Shown piece by piece: positions 13,081 through 27,000 of a stretch of 64,000 bases of DNA. The notes under the pieces were generated by a model, which worked only from the letters and a program-made list of their open reading frames with translations, had not been told where the DNA came from and did not search any database. This stretch comes from Daphnia carinata (Eukaryota). Location: assembly GCF_022539665.2 (NCBI RefSeq), contig NC_081333.1:1798001-1862000 (forward strand), in the 5' to 3' direction. A program made the translations under genes and the position numbers. The first letter of the stretch is position 1; each line of letters starts with the position of its first letter.

Positions 13081-15184
13081 CTAACACAGGACGGATTGAT
13101 CTGGTATGCTGACTGCCACAGCTCGCGTGGCTTTCGCCCGGTCGGAAACCAGGAACCACGAACAAGCGAGAAAGAAGAAGCCTCCGAGGACTTCAACAAA
13201 AAGTATGACAAATAGGCCATATTCAAGGGACTTGAAATTCTGAAATGTCTCCGAATCGGATTCGACAGTAGGTTTTAAGGCATCGGAAATCTAATTGTCG
13301 GGGTGAAATATTGCAGGGGAAAAAGTTGAATTAATAGAGCAACTTGACAAAATTATTAAGGTGAATTGTAATACCAGTCCAACGATGAAGGGACTACTAG
13401 CGTCACCAAAAATATGGCACACTAGAATTTGGAATGCTGCCGCTGTTGCTCGTCTTGTTGGAATGATCACATACTGTAAGGAAAATATGCAGATTAGATA
13501 GCGAATAAATTATAACTACTAAACTAAAAATTCTGGTATTGGTAACGAAGCATTACTAATAGAATATCACCAACAAGCGCCCAGTTTAAGTTAATAAACC
13601 AGAGCGCGAGGAAGGCAAGAACGTAGATGGCATAAATAGATCCCAAAGAGAGGACCAAGAGGGCATAGAAGAAGGGTGCGCTGCAAATCATACCGACACC
13701 GCAAATGATTGCATCTATAGACGAAAAACAAGGAACGTTAATATGTCATATGGGTTTGAAACAAAAGACAAATGTGTCAATCTTACCGGCTGAGGGGAAC
13801 CGGATGCGCAGTTTTTGACCCATGATGGACCCGGATACAACACCCAAAAGGCCAGAGGCAATCGTAACGATGCCGAAAACCAACGAAATACTGTCAAAAC
13901 AAAAATAGATTTGCATTTGTGGCGCAATCCTACGGAGTAGCGAATAAAACTTACTCGTCGAAAGAGAGTGAGTTATCATTAACGATTTGTCGGCCGAGGA
14001 AAACGTATTGTGGGCCCCAAGCTGCAATGGCGCCGACAGTAAAAGTAACCGCAATCGACGCGATGGTCGAAAGCATCAAGCTCGGACTAAACGTTGAAAT
14101 AGAGAAGATTGCCGGGCTCATTACGATGAAGGAAACATAAAACTTTGACGATTATACTTTTTAAGGAGGTAGACGATATCTTTTTGCCATGAAGTGCTGA
14201 CGAGGCGAGAACCTTCACTTAGTCCTCGAGGAGGATCTCTCATGACAAAAGCAATTAGGAGGACAGACACCATCGACAATATGGGAGTTACTCGTAGCCC
14301 CCAATTCCAGGAATTAGTGGCGGCGGCCATGCCAGATCCAGTAATAAACCCTAGACCACTTTGAGAGGCATTAGCTTAAAGGTAAACTGGGCATAGGCTA
14401 GTGGGAAAAAATGTTGTTTACCCGCCGATTAAAGTGGTAAAATAAAAAAGGGCCAACATCTTAGAGCGGGTGTTACCGATATAAAGATCACCGATGACGG
14501 CTGGCCCAATAGCAGAATAACTTGCTTCTCCTATTCCTTTTGAGGCAATAAGAAATGTATAAACGATATGGGACGCGGATTTATTAGCACTTTTGTGTTA
14601 CCTCCTAGACAGCGAAAAATAAGAAGGGTTTCGAAAGTGGTCATAAAAGATCCCGCCATGGTCACAATACTCCATACTAATAAACCACAACCCATAATGG
14701 CTCTGTAAAAACAAATATGACTTGATGAATTTGCTAGAGAGAAAAATTGAATTGACAAACCTGCGGGAATATCTGTCACCCAAGTAGCCCACTATAGGAG
14801 CAACAACTACGTAGCTGACAACAAAGGCCGACTGGAGTAAACCACCTTGGAAATTGCTTAACTTCAAATCGGCGATAACCATAGGCAAGATTCCTACAAA
14901 ATTAAATAAAAAGAATCAGTTTTGCTATTTCATTGCTGGCTGACGATGTTCTTTCAAGACGTACCTGGTAGCGAATAGCGGTCCATAAAATTTATCAAAT
15001 TACAAAAACAGATGATAAGTGTAGTGAGCATTTTGGCTCGCGTGACTTGTCCGCCACGGCTCCGACCAGCATCAGATACTTGATGTTCTTCATGATCAGT
15101 TTCCGGTGCTGTAATCGAACGTTTCTCGGGATCGTCGTCCATTATGGCGGTACTGTTTTCAGGAAATTGATCAGATTGTGCCAT
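13081..15184 (-). CDS. spin: Spinster-family MFS transporter, copy E
   Basis: [60 protein letters not shown]. The read-through stop is at 13081; an alternative terminal exon near 12660-12785 is possible. Confidence 0.88.
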
Positions 15185-16275
15185 TCTTTAACTCCCTTAC
15201 TTCAAATACAACTGTTGAAGTACAACTTGGTTGGATGTCACCAATTGTTATCGATCAACGGACCTTCAAACGACTAACCTCACTCTTCTAAGGAGCCCTG
15301 GATGACTGAGTCAGACAGTTCTGTCCCCACAATCCATATAGAAACACAAGACACAGTATCAAATGGAATTTGTTTTAATAGTCTATCGCGAAAGAAAACT
15401 ATTCTCCATGGCTTCATAAAGGGGGCGTGTTTAGAGAGTTGTGGTAAGTATCTTATTAATGTGATAATCTCCAATTTTTAGAGGAAGCTGTGGTAGGGTT
15501 CAAACCAGCTGACTCTAGGGAGTACATCACTTTTTTTGTTATGTTTTTTTTCATGAATGACAGCATGCGAACGGAATTAACAAATTAACCAAAAAAAAAA
15601 CGCTTAAACCCTCTAACTGATATGAACTAGTCTATAACACTAATCCCAGAGGCAAGAAACAAAGATTGACACTTACATTGTAAGGAATCAAGTGCTGCGT
15701 TGCTTCCTGTACTTGCCTAGAGGTATACTACAAACTACGAATGCCGAAAAGCGACAGATTATCAGGACACTTACCTTGATATGGTAATACTACAGATGTT
15801 AGGGTTTCATTAACGAAACATGATGCACTGAGTAGAGGTGGAAAACTGTAACTCAGCAACTTTCACTGTTCTTCCTTTTTTTGAGATGCCCAGCAACAAC
15901 AAATTGAACTTACATGGTTTTTTTCAGACGTTCGCTGCGGAGCCCGCCACCTATGATGTATGACAGAGATTACGCTTGAGTAAAAAATGTTATTATAAAG
16001 TTATGATTATTATTATTGGAAAGAAGTGTAACTACAAAAATACGTCGTTTCACACGAGAAGAAAGTAAAAAATAACTTTGTACTTAAAGCATTTACTTGT
16101 TTTTAATGATGGAATAATCGCGTCACGTCAGCTGAAGTGAGAAATGTCCAAGCAGACGACACGCTTTTTAATAATCAGTCTAAAGATTTTTTCCGCCTAC
16201 GTTGGCTCCTGTCTCCATGTTATTCCTAGTCTAGTCAAATAAAGTGTTAAATTCATTAACTTATTTCTTAACAAA

Positions 16276-18583
16276 ATGGAACAAGCCGAGTGTTTAGATG
16301 ATGTGATAGCTCGAGGGGAGCGATGGGATCCGCTTGGATCAGCTGAACCCGATAAAGATGCAAATAGCTTTGATCTTGAAGATCAAGACTATTGGCATAG
16401 GTGAGTAATTTCACTTCACATCTATAAAACTAGAATAGAAACCTAAACAAGAATATTTTGAATCAGCTTTGCTAGCTATGATAGTGAAAAACTTCGTATG
16501 CTAGAGGAAGAACAGGAACAACTAAATTCCTCACTGATGGCACTCACATCACACTTTGCCCAAGTATGTCCCATTTCAACAGTCTAAAAATTGTGTGCAA
16601 GACAACTATATGCATGTGAAAAAATATGTTTAGGTTCAATTTAGACTTAAGCAAATAGTAGATGCAGAGCCTGAGACCAAAGAAACATTATTGCGGGACC
16701 TTGAAGAGTTTGCTTTCCGTGGAATCCCAGATTTTCAAAAAACATTCTGCTATGTGGAAGAGGGAAAACATTCTGAAGAGGTTCACATTTTCTACATTTA
16801 AAAAAAAGACATTATCCTTAGCTTTTTAAAATCATCTTTATGAAGGATCATGCAACTAAGATGGAATCTCATAGAGTTAAGCAACAAGATTTAATAGAAC
16901 AGTTAAAACAGCAGCTCGAAGATTTAGAACGCTATGCGTATGAAACCGGTGAAGCTGGTCTTCCTCAAAATTTAATAGTTGAGCGCCAAAAAATCATTAT
17001 TGGTAAGTTGTCTTTCGTTTTTTACACAATTTTTTTACGAGGTTTCCGGGAAATCAATGCGATACTTATTAATACCAAGCATTCTTTGTTTGCCCTACGC
17101 CTTTTAGATCAAATGAAAAATAAACTCCAATTCAATGTTGATGATCTGGATAAGTACACGGTGGAGGAATTGAGGCAGCAGGTAGATCAAGCTATCGGCC
17201 AGGTACGAAGAAGTATAATATGAATGTCAGCGACTTTGACCCAATTTTCGAATAATTTGCGTTTAGCTTGTCAATCCATTGAAAATAAAGGAACAGTTGG
17301 TTACACAGCTGAAGACCCAAGTTACAGATCTTGAACGATTTATCGAGTTTCTACAAGGCCCAGCCGAAAGTAAGTGCCAATGCTCTGGAACCCCCAAACC
17401 TGCAACTGGAAGCAAATTTTCAAGGATCAGCCGTGGTGGCAGAGCAAGTAATTCATCTTCGCCCGAACCTTTGCAGCTCAATGAGAAACGGGTAATGCTC
17501 TAACCAATGTCATCTTAATAAGTTCAGAACATTAACAAAAGTTGTGTGATAAAGGAAAAAGTCGTTCAGACGCTCCGTCGGATGGCCCACCTGATGCAGA
17601 TTTATGTCGTCTCGCATTTTGGGTGCGGTATAGGCACTCATTTCCCGCGCGAAATGCCACCAAAAGAGAAAAATCAAAAACTTAGGTAAATGCTAAGGAG
17701 TTTCAAATTTTGTGTGGCTAAAAACTCTTCGATATTGCGTTCCAGGGAGGGACTAAACCGGCTAGATCAGGCCGTATTAGAAGTGATGCGAACGGCATCC
17801 GCGAAAACCAGAAAAGACCAAACGCTATCTTGGGAACCTGACAACCAAATAAGCGTCGTCAAAGCAGTCCGTAAAGGGCTCTGTCCAGCACTTCGGGATC
17901 TTCTGGCTCACGGTTTCCTCCAGCCAAATACTACTAGCAGTTTGGTTCCTTTCCTTAGCTGCGCTGCGCCTAGACCTAGCACGTCATCTGGTGCTTCGAG
18001 TATTCCACATCCTTGGCAACTCTTTGTTGCTTTTTATCGTACTAAAGACGGCCAGGCAGTAATGACCAATCCCCAGAGAAGCCTGGCACAGTCTTTTTCA
18101 TTGGAAATTCAAGGTGGGACAAGCAAGCAGAGTCTTCTAATGGCCATAGGCAACATTATCGCAATGCATCGGCCTTACAAGAGAGGACCTGAAGCACATT
18201 TCAAAGCTTTTCTTTCCAGTGCACTCAAGTATTTCGATCATTGCACATAAAAATAGCATTTTGTTGTAAATGACAATTTTTCCTTTTCCATTCAGTGCCA
18301 GGAAAATAGTTCCATGGTTGCGTATAATCTTGCGGAGCCCCGCCTTGCTAGATGAATTCTACGAGCCTTGGGCTCACGTTGTTCAACCAGGTTTGGCGTC
18401 ACTTTTTTTTCTTCAATTGATATACCTTTAAAATGGTTTAAATTTAAATATATATACATATTTTTTTTCTAATCAGAGTTCGACGAGATCTGGAGGATTT
18501 TAGAACCATTACAAAGCGTTGAATTTCAGTTGCCTGAAGATCTATCGATCCGCTCCTTGCGCAACATTTTCGACGCTTTTTAG
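16276..18583 (+). CDS. RUNDC1: RUN domain-containing protein 1
   Basis: ERWDPLG; LEEEQEQLNSSLMALTSHFAQVQFRLKQIV; LEDLERYAYETG; QLKTQVTDLERFIEFLQ; RUN domain LCPALRDLLAHG..HPWQLF..FKAFLSSAL; ends IRSLRNIFDAF*. Confidence 0.92.
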
Positions 18584-18913
18584 GTTGTCTACATTTCACA
18601 TACTTTTCTAGTCACATTATTCCACCGGGCATTTCGTTTTAATTCACGTTCTTTTGTTAAACATTCCGTTAAAGTAATCTCCGCCGTTTACCCTTTCTAG
18701 TCTAAGATTGCTGGTGTTCTCATTTTACGTTTATTCTTTCTTGATTTTCGGTGTCTTTTGTGGTCTTATGGGAGGATTGAAGCTTCAAGGCATTCAATCG
18801 ATTATGTTTAAATACACCTGTGCATGAAGCCATACGTTGAACAACGCGCGACTTGCAAGGTATTAATTCCGGGTAACTCGGAGTTTCTAATTCAATTGTG
18901 AAAGAAGTATAGG

Positions 18914-20328
18914 ATGGTGACGGTCGTCTCCTGCATAACGCCACCATCGGTTCCAGGTAGGTAAAAATATTTACTTCCACGCAATGTGTAAAGAATAAAG
19001 TGTTGTCGTTGTATACATGAATTAGCACCTACAGTGAACACCTCTACAATGAGTGGAAATTGCCAATCAATCACGATCCCGATGTGTCAACAAATGCCGG
19101 TGAGAACAATAGTTCATCTGCTTTGCCTTTTCTTAGAAACGTCAAATCGTAAAATGGTTCGATCTTACTACGTTATTAATAGTACAATGCCACGAGAATG
19201 CCCAATCTACTTGGAATGACACACCAGGATGATGCTTTGATAGGTTTTTAACTTTGTAAAATAAGTAAAGTTGTTAATAATACTAAAACATTACATACAG
19301 CTCTAGAACAATTTCGCTATTTACCAGACACAAACTGCTCTCCGTATTTGGTAAGTATTTATGCTATGTTTACCTTATGCGAATTTCAATGATGTTCTGG
19401 AACAACAAACAGGTATTTTTTCTCTGCGTCATTTATACTCCAATTTGTACGTCTGAGCTCCCATCGTTCTTGGCCACCATTCCACCGTGTCGACAGGTGT
19501 GCGAACAAGTTAAATCACACTGCGAACCACTCGTTAAAAAGTAACATTTTTGAATCACTCCTCACGTTCCTTAGGAGTAATATCACAGAGATCTATTGTT
19601 TTTCTAGAATGGGATTCATTTGGCCTCCTGCACTAGAATGTTTTTCTTTTCCCGACGTCACTAAGGCCGAGAGTGTTTGTCTAACTCCTGAAGCTATACT
19701 GAAAAAAAGTACAAATGGTTTTTGATGTCACAAAGACAACACGCATAAATATCGATTTTCACCAATTTCAGACACAACAATAAAATATCCTGAGAACTGT
19801 CCATGCTTTCGCCACCCTAAATTAAAACAGCGCCTCTACCTCAAAAGGCGCTTTGATTTCGGTACGGTGAATCGATTACAATGACACCACTTAAAATTAC
19901 AGTACATGATCCCTAAACACAATGTTTCAACAATATTTTCATGGACCGCTACCTTATGTTGGACAGCCGTTAGAGGAAGGGTGGAATGGTCGGAAACTTT
20001 TGGCTCTCTAACTTTAACCAATATAGAGGTGATTGAAGTTTTCAAACATGGTAAAGTTCGTATCGATTCTGTTTCCAGAGAGATTTTTTGGACAAATACT
20101 TCGTGCGGCACATGCCCGCGGCTTGATCCAGGTATATCTTGTGTTGCCTCTACCCATTAATCATATTTGCGGATTGTAGTCCTAAATGCAATCTTTCATT
20201 TTACAGGCAGAGAATATTTCCTCTTAGGACACGAGGACGCCACGCGTCAAAGGCTTTTGTATACACACTTGAGTGTCGGACTAGAATGGCGGAAAAAATA
20301 CGCGATGCTGATTGGGGTAAAGGACTGA
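18914..20328 (+). CDS. Secreted frizzled-related protein, sFRP3/4 (FRZB)-like: Fz CRD + NTR domain
   Basis: Manual splicing of ~9 small exons gives CQSITIPMCQQMP|YNATRMPNLLGMTHQDDALIA|LEQFRYLPDTNCSPYL|VFFLCVIYTPIC..IPPCRQVCEQVKSHCEPLVK|MGFIWPPALEC..VCLTP (10 CRD cysteines), then CPCFRHPKLKQRLYLKRRFDF|AVRGRV..IEVIEVFK..WTNTSCGTCPRLDP|GREYFLLGHEDATRQRLL..EWRKK..KD*. The start and signal exon are uncertain. Confidence 0.85.
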
Positions 20329-20726
20329 TTTAACAGTCCTTAAACTTTGTGTTCTTAACTTTATTTGATCGGATGCATACTCTTGCGACAGAAATGGGAA
20401 AAGGCTAAGAAGCAGACATCCAACACAAGAGGCAACTAAAACCATTAATTATACCATCTGGTCACATACCCAAAGATGCGCTGCCTCGTTTTATTTTTTA
20501 AATTACAGTTACAATGTAAGTTGATTTGGTGTTCTATACAAGGGTTCAACGAGACTTCTGAGCGCTATTAATGTGGGATAAGAAAAAAAAAGTTTGGATG
20601 ACAACAGACACGACCAAATGGCATAAACATCTGACTAAAGAAACATTCATAATTAAAAAAATGCAATAAAAAAGGAATAAAAAAAATATTACAGTAAAAG
20701 GAATGAATGTTACAGAAATCGTCTTC

Positions 20727-21763
20727 TTAGATGTCTCCCATTTTAATCCTTGATGACTACAAAATAATAAACAATTAGTTAATCTCACAGCACTTTTTCA
20801 AAAAATTAATTACCATTAAGATGCCAACAATAAGTCCAAAGAGACCAACTGCACTGCCGAAAATTTCCACGATCAAAATCTTGACGAAAAGGGAGGGATT
20901 AGCTGCATCAGCCAGAGCTGCTCCGGATCCTACGGTCATACATTGATACAGTTAGTGGCCAACAATCATATTTACGCATGATAGACATACCAACAATTCC
21001 GACCGAAATGCCACAGAACAAATTAACTAAACCAACAGTTAAACCCGATCCAAACATGGCAAATCCGGAAAAGTAGTTTAGTGCAACTTTCTCAGGAGAT
21101 GCTTTTAACGGATCATATTTCTGCGGGAAGCCATAAACATTAAATCATTGTATATGCCTTATCTCTCTTAAAGTATATTACATCCAACATTCCAGCAAGG
21201 ACTATAGCAATGATGAGTCCATAAATGGCAACAGCCTCACAGAAAATAACACTGATCAAGTTCTTGGTTTTAATCCTAGGAGCCTTTACACCTCCACCAA
21301 TAATGCTTGAGCCAGTAGTGTAGATACCACTGAAAAAAAAAAGAAAAACGAATAAGTCATACAAACCTCTCAATTTTCGAATATACACTCAATCGCAATA
21401 AAAAGAAACTCACAGAGCAGCTCCTATGACTGATAGGGAAACAGCAAATGCAATGCCAGTGGTTGCCCACATGTAAGGTGTAATCGTTTCCAAGAACCTG
21501 GAGTTAAAAGATAATTTATCATTGTACTAAATTTTCACAAGTTCTACCCAAATTATACCAGCCAATATCAATTCTTTCGCCTTGTCCGGTGAGAATGTAG
21601 TAGATGCCTGTTGGAAAGAAAAATACGATAAGATATTGCAAGTTAGTCTGATGAAAAGTAGGAGATGTTAGAAGAATCCTAAATTTTTACCAAACACGAC
21701 GACCGCAGCAGCCAATAACCCTCCAAACGAATAAATATAAGTTTCTCTATACCGTGCAGCCAT
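20727..21763 (-). CDS. ATP6V0B: V-type ATPase 21 kDa proteolipid subunit c''
   Basis: [97 protein letters not shown]. Confidence 0.95.
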
Positions 21764-21866
21764 TTTATTTTATTTTATTTTCACTCGAAGGACACTATTC
21801 CGGACCCAACACAAATGAAGAGTTCTAACACTGGTCAGAGTGACAGACTGCCAAAGGAAGGGAACT

Positions 21867-21876
21867 GTCATGTGAT
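21867..21876. promoter_or_regulatory. M-box/CLEAR-like E-box upstream of ATP6V0B
   Basis: GTCATGTGAT ~105 bp upstream of the ATG. MiT/TFE factors are known to regulate V-ATPase genes through such boxes. Confidence 0.45.
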
Positions 21877-22387
21877 TTGGTCTCACGCGCTTAACATCTA
21901 GCGCTGCTTTGCTTTACTTTTTATGCCAAAGTCGCTAATATTGGTCGTTAGATGGCAGGGAGAGTTTTTCTAACAGAGTCATCTAGTGACCAAAACAAAA
22001 GCGATACTTTCTCTTTCAACGTCGTTTAATGGGTTTGTTTACATGCTCCAATCTTACGGTTTTGGTTGCTCGAAGGTTAAAGCATGCTTTCACATAGTTG
22101 AATTCCGCCTGTGCATGATAAGAAGCTCCATTCGCACGTAGTCGTCTAAAGGCATCCTAATGAATAGATCAAGCTTGTTTACGAGGTATTGTTTTTGTTG
22201 TTTTGTTTTTACGTGCGTGATTCGCAATCGTAACGAGAAATACAAGTTTTGACACTAACAATCTGGTCTTCATTTTGCTGAAATTTTTTTCTTTTCATTC
22301 CTAAGGAATAGAAACAACATCAGCTGTGGTGGTTGTTAGTGATTTTGTTGCCCTTCTGCATCTTGCACAGGAACCTAAGAAGTAAAA

Positions 22388-23758
22388 ATGGTAGGTGGAA
22401 AATTCATCCATTGGTCAACACCTTCAGTGGATTCAGCACCATCATTTGTGGATGATATGTGGTTCAAATACATACTTTCCGTAATATCAGCAACAATTGC
22501 TGAAGGAGGTTAGAATATTGACTCTTTACTTCTTGCCCTTGACTATCATAAGATTTTCTACCTTCTATCAACAGCAACATATCCTCTGGATTTGATTAAA
22601 ACCAGGCTTCAAATTCAAGGGGAAATAGCCTCATCTAAAGGAGATGCTGTATGTTAAATTTACTCACTTTTATAGGTACTCTCAGTGACCTTGAATAATA
22701 CTTAATACTTCAGGGTGGTTACAGAGGAATGCTCAAGACTGCTGTTGGGATTGTGAAGGAAGAGGGCCTTATTCGGTTATGGCAAGGAATTACACCAGCA
22801 ATATACAGGCATGCCATCTATACAGGAGTTAGATTTGGTGCCTATGAAAAAATGAGAGAAAATGTCTTCCAGAAAAATCCGGATGGATCATATTCTTTAT
22901 GGTACATTTCATAATTTTTTATGAATTCTTTCCAATATCTTCTAATTGTCTTTGTTCAATTTTAGGAAAGCAGCCATAGGAGGTATGAGTGCTGGAGCTT
23001 TAGGCCAATTTATGGCTAGTCCAACAGATTTAGTCAAAGTGCAAATACAAATGGAGGGGAAACGGAGGCTGGAGGGAAAGCCCCCTCGAGTTAAGAACGC
23101 ATTCCATGCCTTCCAGAAAATCATGAAGCAAGGTGGAATCAGAGGTCTTTGGAAAGGATGGGTCCCAAATGTTCAAAGGGCTGCTTTAGTCAACCTCGGT
23201 GATTTAACAACGTACGATACAGCCAAAAGATACATTCTTCGGAACACGCAGTTGAAAGATACATCAGCTGTGCATATCATGTCAAGGTGGATTAGTTAGA
23301 TAGCTGCAGTAAACAAAATTCTAAAACAATGTTTTTTTTCTATTGCACAACAGCATGTGTGCTGGCCTTGTTGGAGCCACAATGGCGACACCAGCAGACG
23401 TAATCAAAACTAGAGTTATGAATCAACCCACAGACGAACATGGACGGTAATGAAACATCCTTTTTTTTTTAAATTCATTAACAATTTTTGCTTAACGGTT
23501 ATTGTGAACACTTTTTTTTACAGGGGCCTTTATTATAAATCGTCAATAGACTGTTTTTTGAAAACCGCCCGGCAAGAGGGTTTTTTGGCAATGTATAAAG
23601 GTTTCTTTCCCGCGTGGATTCGCATGGGGTATGACAAAGTTTAAAAGTCTCAACTAATGGTTATTACAGTAAGTGTATGAACTTTCAGGCCATGGAGTTT
23701 GTGTTTCTGGCTCAGCTATGAGCAAATCCGTAAAGCAATGGGAACAGCTGCATTTTGA
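22388..23758 (+). CDS. UCP4: Mitochondrial uncoupling protein 4 (SLC25A27-like)
   Basis: [113 protein letters not shown]. Confidence 0.93.
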
Positions 23759-24012
23759 AGTTTACCAGTTCAGTTCGGCAAAGAATTATATGCTTGTATA
23801 GATTGTCGGAAAGGCAATACCGAACTTCTATCATTAAAAAAACCAAATGGTCTGTAAGTGCTTATGTAGTCGGTGAAAAGTGATAGTGTTTGTACGCAAG
23901 CCAACTTATCCGGCAGATAAATGTATAAAGGAGAATAAAGAGACAGTTACAGTTGTTTACGAAGTGTCATCTTTTTCGTCCAATTAATTGATCACGAACC
24001 AAAAAAATCACT

Positions 24013-27000
24013 TTAACTTGTTTCCATGACTTCATCACTGCGTGTCGCTTGAATTTTGGCTGCAGTATATGGAATAATAGCGGTATTTAGACGTAAACGG
24101 CTGAGTCTACAGAAAATTAGTGTTTATAGATGTTCTACGAATAGAAAAAAAAATCAGGCTAACCTTTGCATATGACGTTCATTGTACATCAGTAATCCCG
24201 CAATGGCGCTTTTCATTGAAGGCAGGCCAAAAAGCTCTTCGGGTGTATGATTAGCTAGCAATATGTTAAGGACCATCTGTTCAAAACACAATGAAAGATG
24301 ATAAAAACTACATTTGTCTACTTTTCGTGCATGTGCAGTCGCTACTACCTGTGCTTGATGGCAATGTCTGCTATTAGTATTCCATGATGTAGAGTAGCGC
24401 AATAAGCTGTCTTTTTGATTCGTTGATAATTTAACAACCATCTTTTCCAAATCACTTAATGCGCCTTCACCTTGATCCATCAGTTCTAAAAAGGTAGACT
24501 ATTTAAGAAAGAGTGTGGGGTAAACATTTTGACCACATACCTTTCAGAATGTTCAGAGTCCGGAAGGGTTGGTCTAAATGAATAGCCAATCCTAAAGCTT
24601 CTAACAACAAACCTTTCTGCAACAGGTTCGCCAACTGCTGTTCTTCCAGTAATCTTTTTTCTTTTTCTTGAACTGCAGCTTCTCTTTCTTCTTTTGTAAC
24701 GTCTTTCCATAAAATAAGGGCCGAGTCACCAGCACCGCTTACCAGTAAAGAATCATCGCTTTTGACTTAGAATAAAATGGTTAAAGAAAGTTTTACTTCA
24801 GCCATTTTTTTGTTTCATTCTGTAAACCTGTATTACCTGCTAAAGCCCAAACTTTGCTTTCATGGGCATCCATTGTGGCAACACATTCGCTACTCTTTAT
24901 TGTCCACAATTTAATTAGTCCATCCGAAGCAGCGCTAACCAACTGGTAGCCTTTGGACACGAAATGAATCCGTAGGACAGAACTTTCATGCCCTTCCAAA
25001 GTCTACGAATTCAAAAAGCAAAGGTAAAAATACGTTTAAGAAATAGTAAGTTGAACGATACCTTTAGGCAAGAGTAATCTATTAAACTCCATAGCATGAT
25101 ATTTCCATCCGTTGACCCGGATGCTAAGATCTGGTCGGCAGGAGAGAACTGGACGGCCCACAGCCCTCGCCGATGACCCCGTAATACTCCTAACAGTTTC
25201 AAATCGGAACTGGACCAAATTTTAGCAAGTTTATCTTGTGATCCAGATGCTATCAAATTATCATTCGGTGAGATGCAAACGGCGTTGATGTCCTTGTCAT
25301 GTGCTACAACTGTATGCAAGACTGACAAGCTTTGATTTTCTTCAACTGGTATCGGGTTCAATTTCCATATTTTTAAGCAGGTATCTTGACTCCCGCTAAC
25401 AAGGAAAGACAACTTTGACCGACTTAAGGCTACTGAGCCCACTGAGCCGGTATGAGCGTTGCCTTGCGCAATGCAGGATATCTCGAAAGGGGATTGCAAC
25501 ATTTTCCAAACTCGGACAGAGTTGTCCTAAAACACTGATGGTTAAACATACAACCGACGAAAAGAATTTCAGAATGTAATAAAAACCTTGCTGCTGGTTA
25601 CGAGAATGCTAAAATCCGACTTGGAAGTCGCAAGTGCAAGTACCAGATCAGTATGGCCTTTGAGAAGCGTGCAATTCATTGTTTCAATGTCATAAACCTA
25701 CAAATGAAAGAAAAAATCAATAAATAATTGTGATTTCAGCAAATTTTGGGCACCCATTCTCTAGTCATACTTTAACGTGTATGCTATTTGTAGCCACTGC
25801 AAGATGAGTTTCTCCTTCTCCAAACCAAGCAATGTCCAAAATATCATCGTTATATCCTGCATACTGTTTAAACGACACATTATTAACGATTAAATATACG
25901 GTTTGCTTGTGACAATTTTTACTTGTTTGACAAGTGCCAAATCCTTAAGTCGGTGCACTATGATATTGTGATCAAATGTGATTACGTAAAGGTGATCATT
26001 AACTTCGTTGTATTCAAATTGTGTGATCGTTGGTGCCCCTTCCACAATAGGTTGGCTGACCAACGAATCCGTCTGTGTAAATACCTCTGTGCCGTTCTTC
26101 ACATTCCAAACGCGTAGAACACCTATGCAATTATACCTTGAAACCATTTGTTTTTGTTCAACCAGCTAACTGAATTTATCCATACCTCGCTCGCCTGCAG
26201 AGATGACGTGGGGATTGTTCACATCTGTGACCTTCAACAGTGGCATAGATTCACCAAACTCAATGGGTACTAAGGACTCCGTACATTCGTAGGTGGGAAT
26301 GATTCGAAGTTGAGAATAGCTTTTCAAATCCCAATGAATTAGCACTTTATCTCGACCAGATCTGATAATAACAAGTTGAGATATTAGATTGGTTAATTGA
26401 ATGAAAATATGGGCATATTTACGAAACAGCTTGATTTAAGCTTGTGAAAATGGTGAAGCCTGTAACAGCGCTAAAGTGGCCTTCTAGTGTTCCTAAGATC
26501 TTGGACGTTTTCAAATCCCAACATCTAATTTTGCAGTCCATGGAAGCCCCAAAGATCATAGACATTTTGGGATCAGGATGGAATTTGATCATGCTAAACA
26601 AATGTGAATGAGAATCAATCATGCTTTAGAAATTTCTGTTCTGCTATGAATTACTCACCTGTAAACACCACTTCCTCCTTTAAGATTGTGAGTGCAATAT
26701 TGTCTTCTTATATCCCATACTTTTAGTGATCCATCAGTTCCTCCACTAGCAACTAAGGTTGTTGTGGTATCAAATACAAGTTCAACAACTGGAGTAAGAT
26801 GTAAGGATTTCCATGTCCTGACAACAGTTCCATCTAAATGAAGTTCAGATGTTATATGTTATGCCTATTCAATGTATGACACCATACAATCAGATGAGAG
26901 GAAGGGTAATTTATACTACCTTTCCAGTTCCAATGCCTGAGTAGTCCTGATTTGTGACTTGATACTAATGTTTCATCATCTACGCCGACGGTAAATGTTA

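Noticed and set aside
18720..20111. Minus-strand ORFs 18720-19028 and 19836-20111
   Set aside because: They overlap the plus-strand sFRP-like gene, which has coherent domains and splice sites; these ORFs have none.
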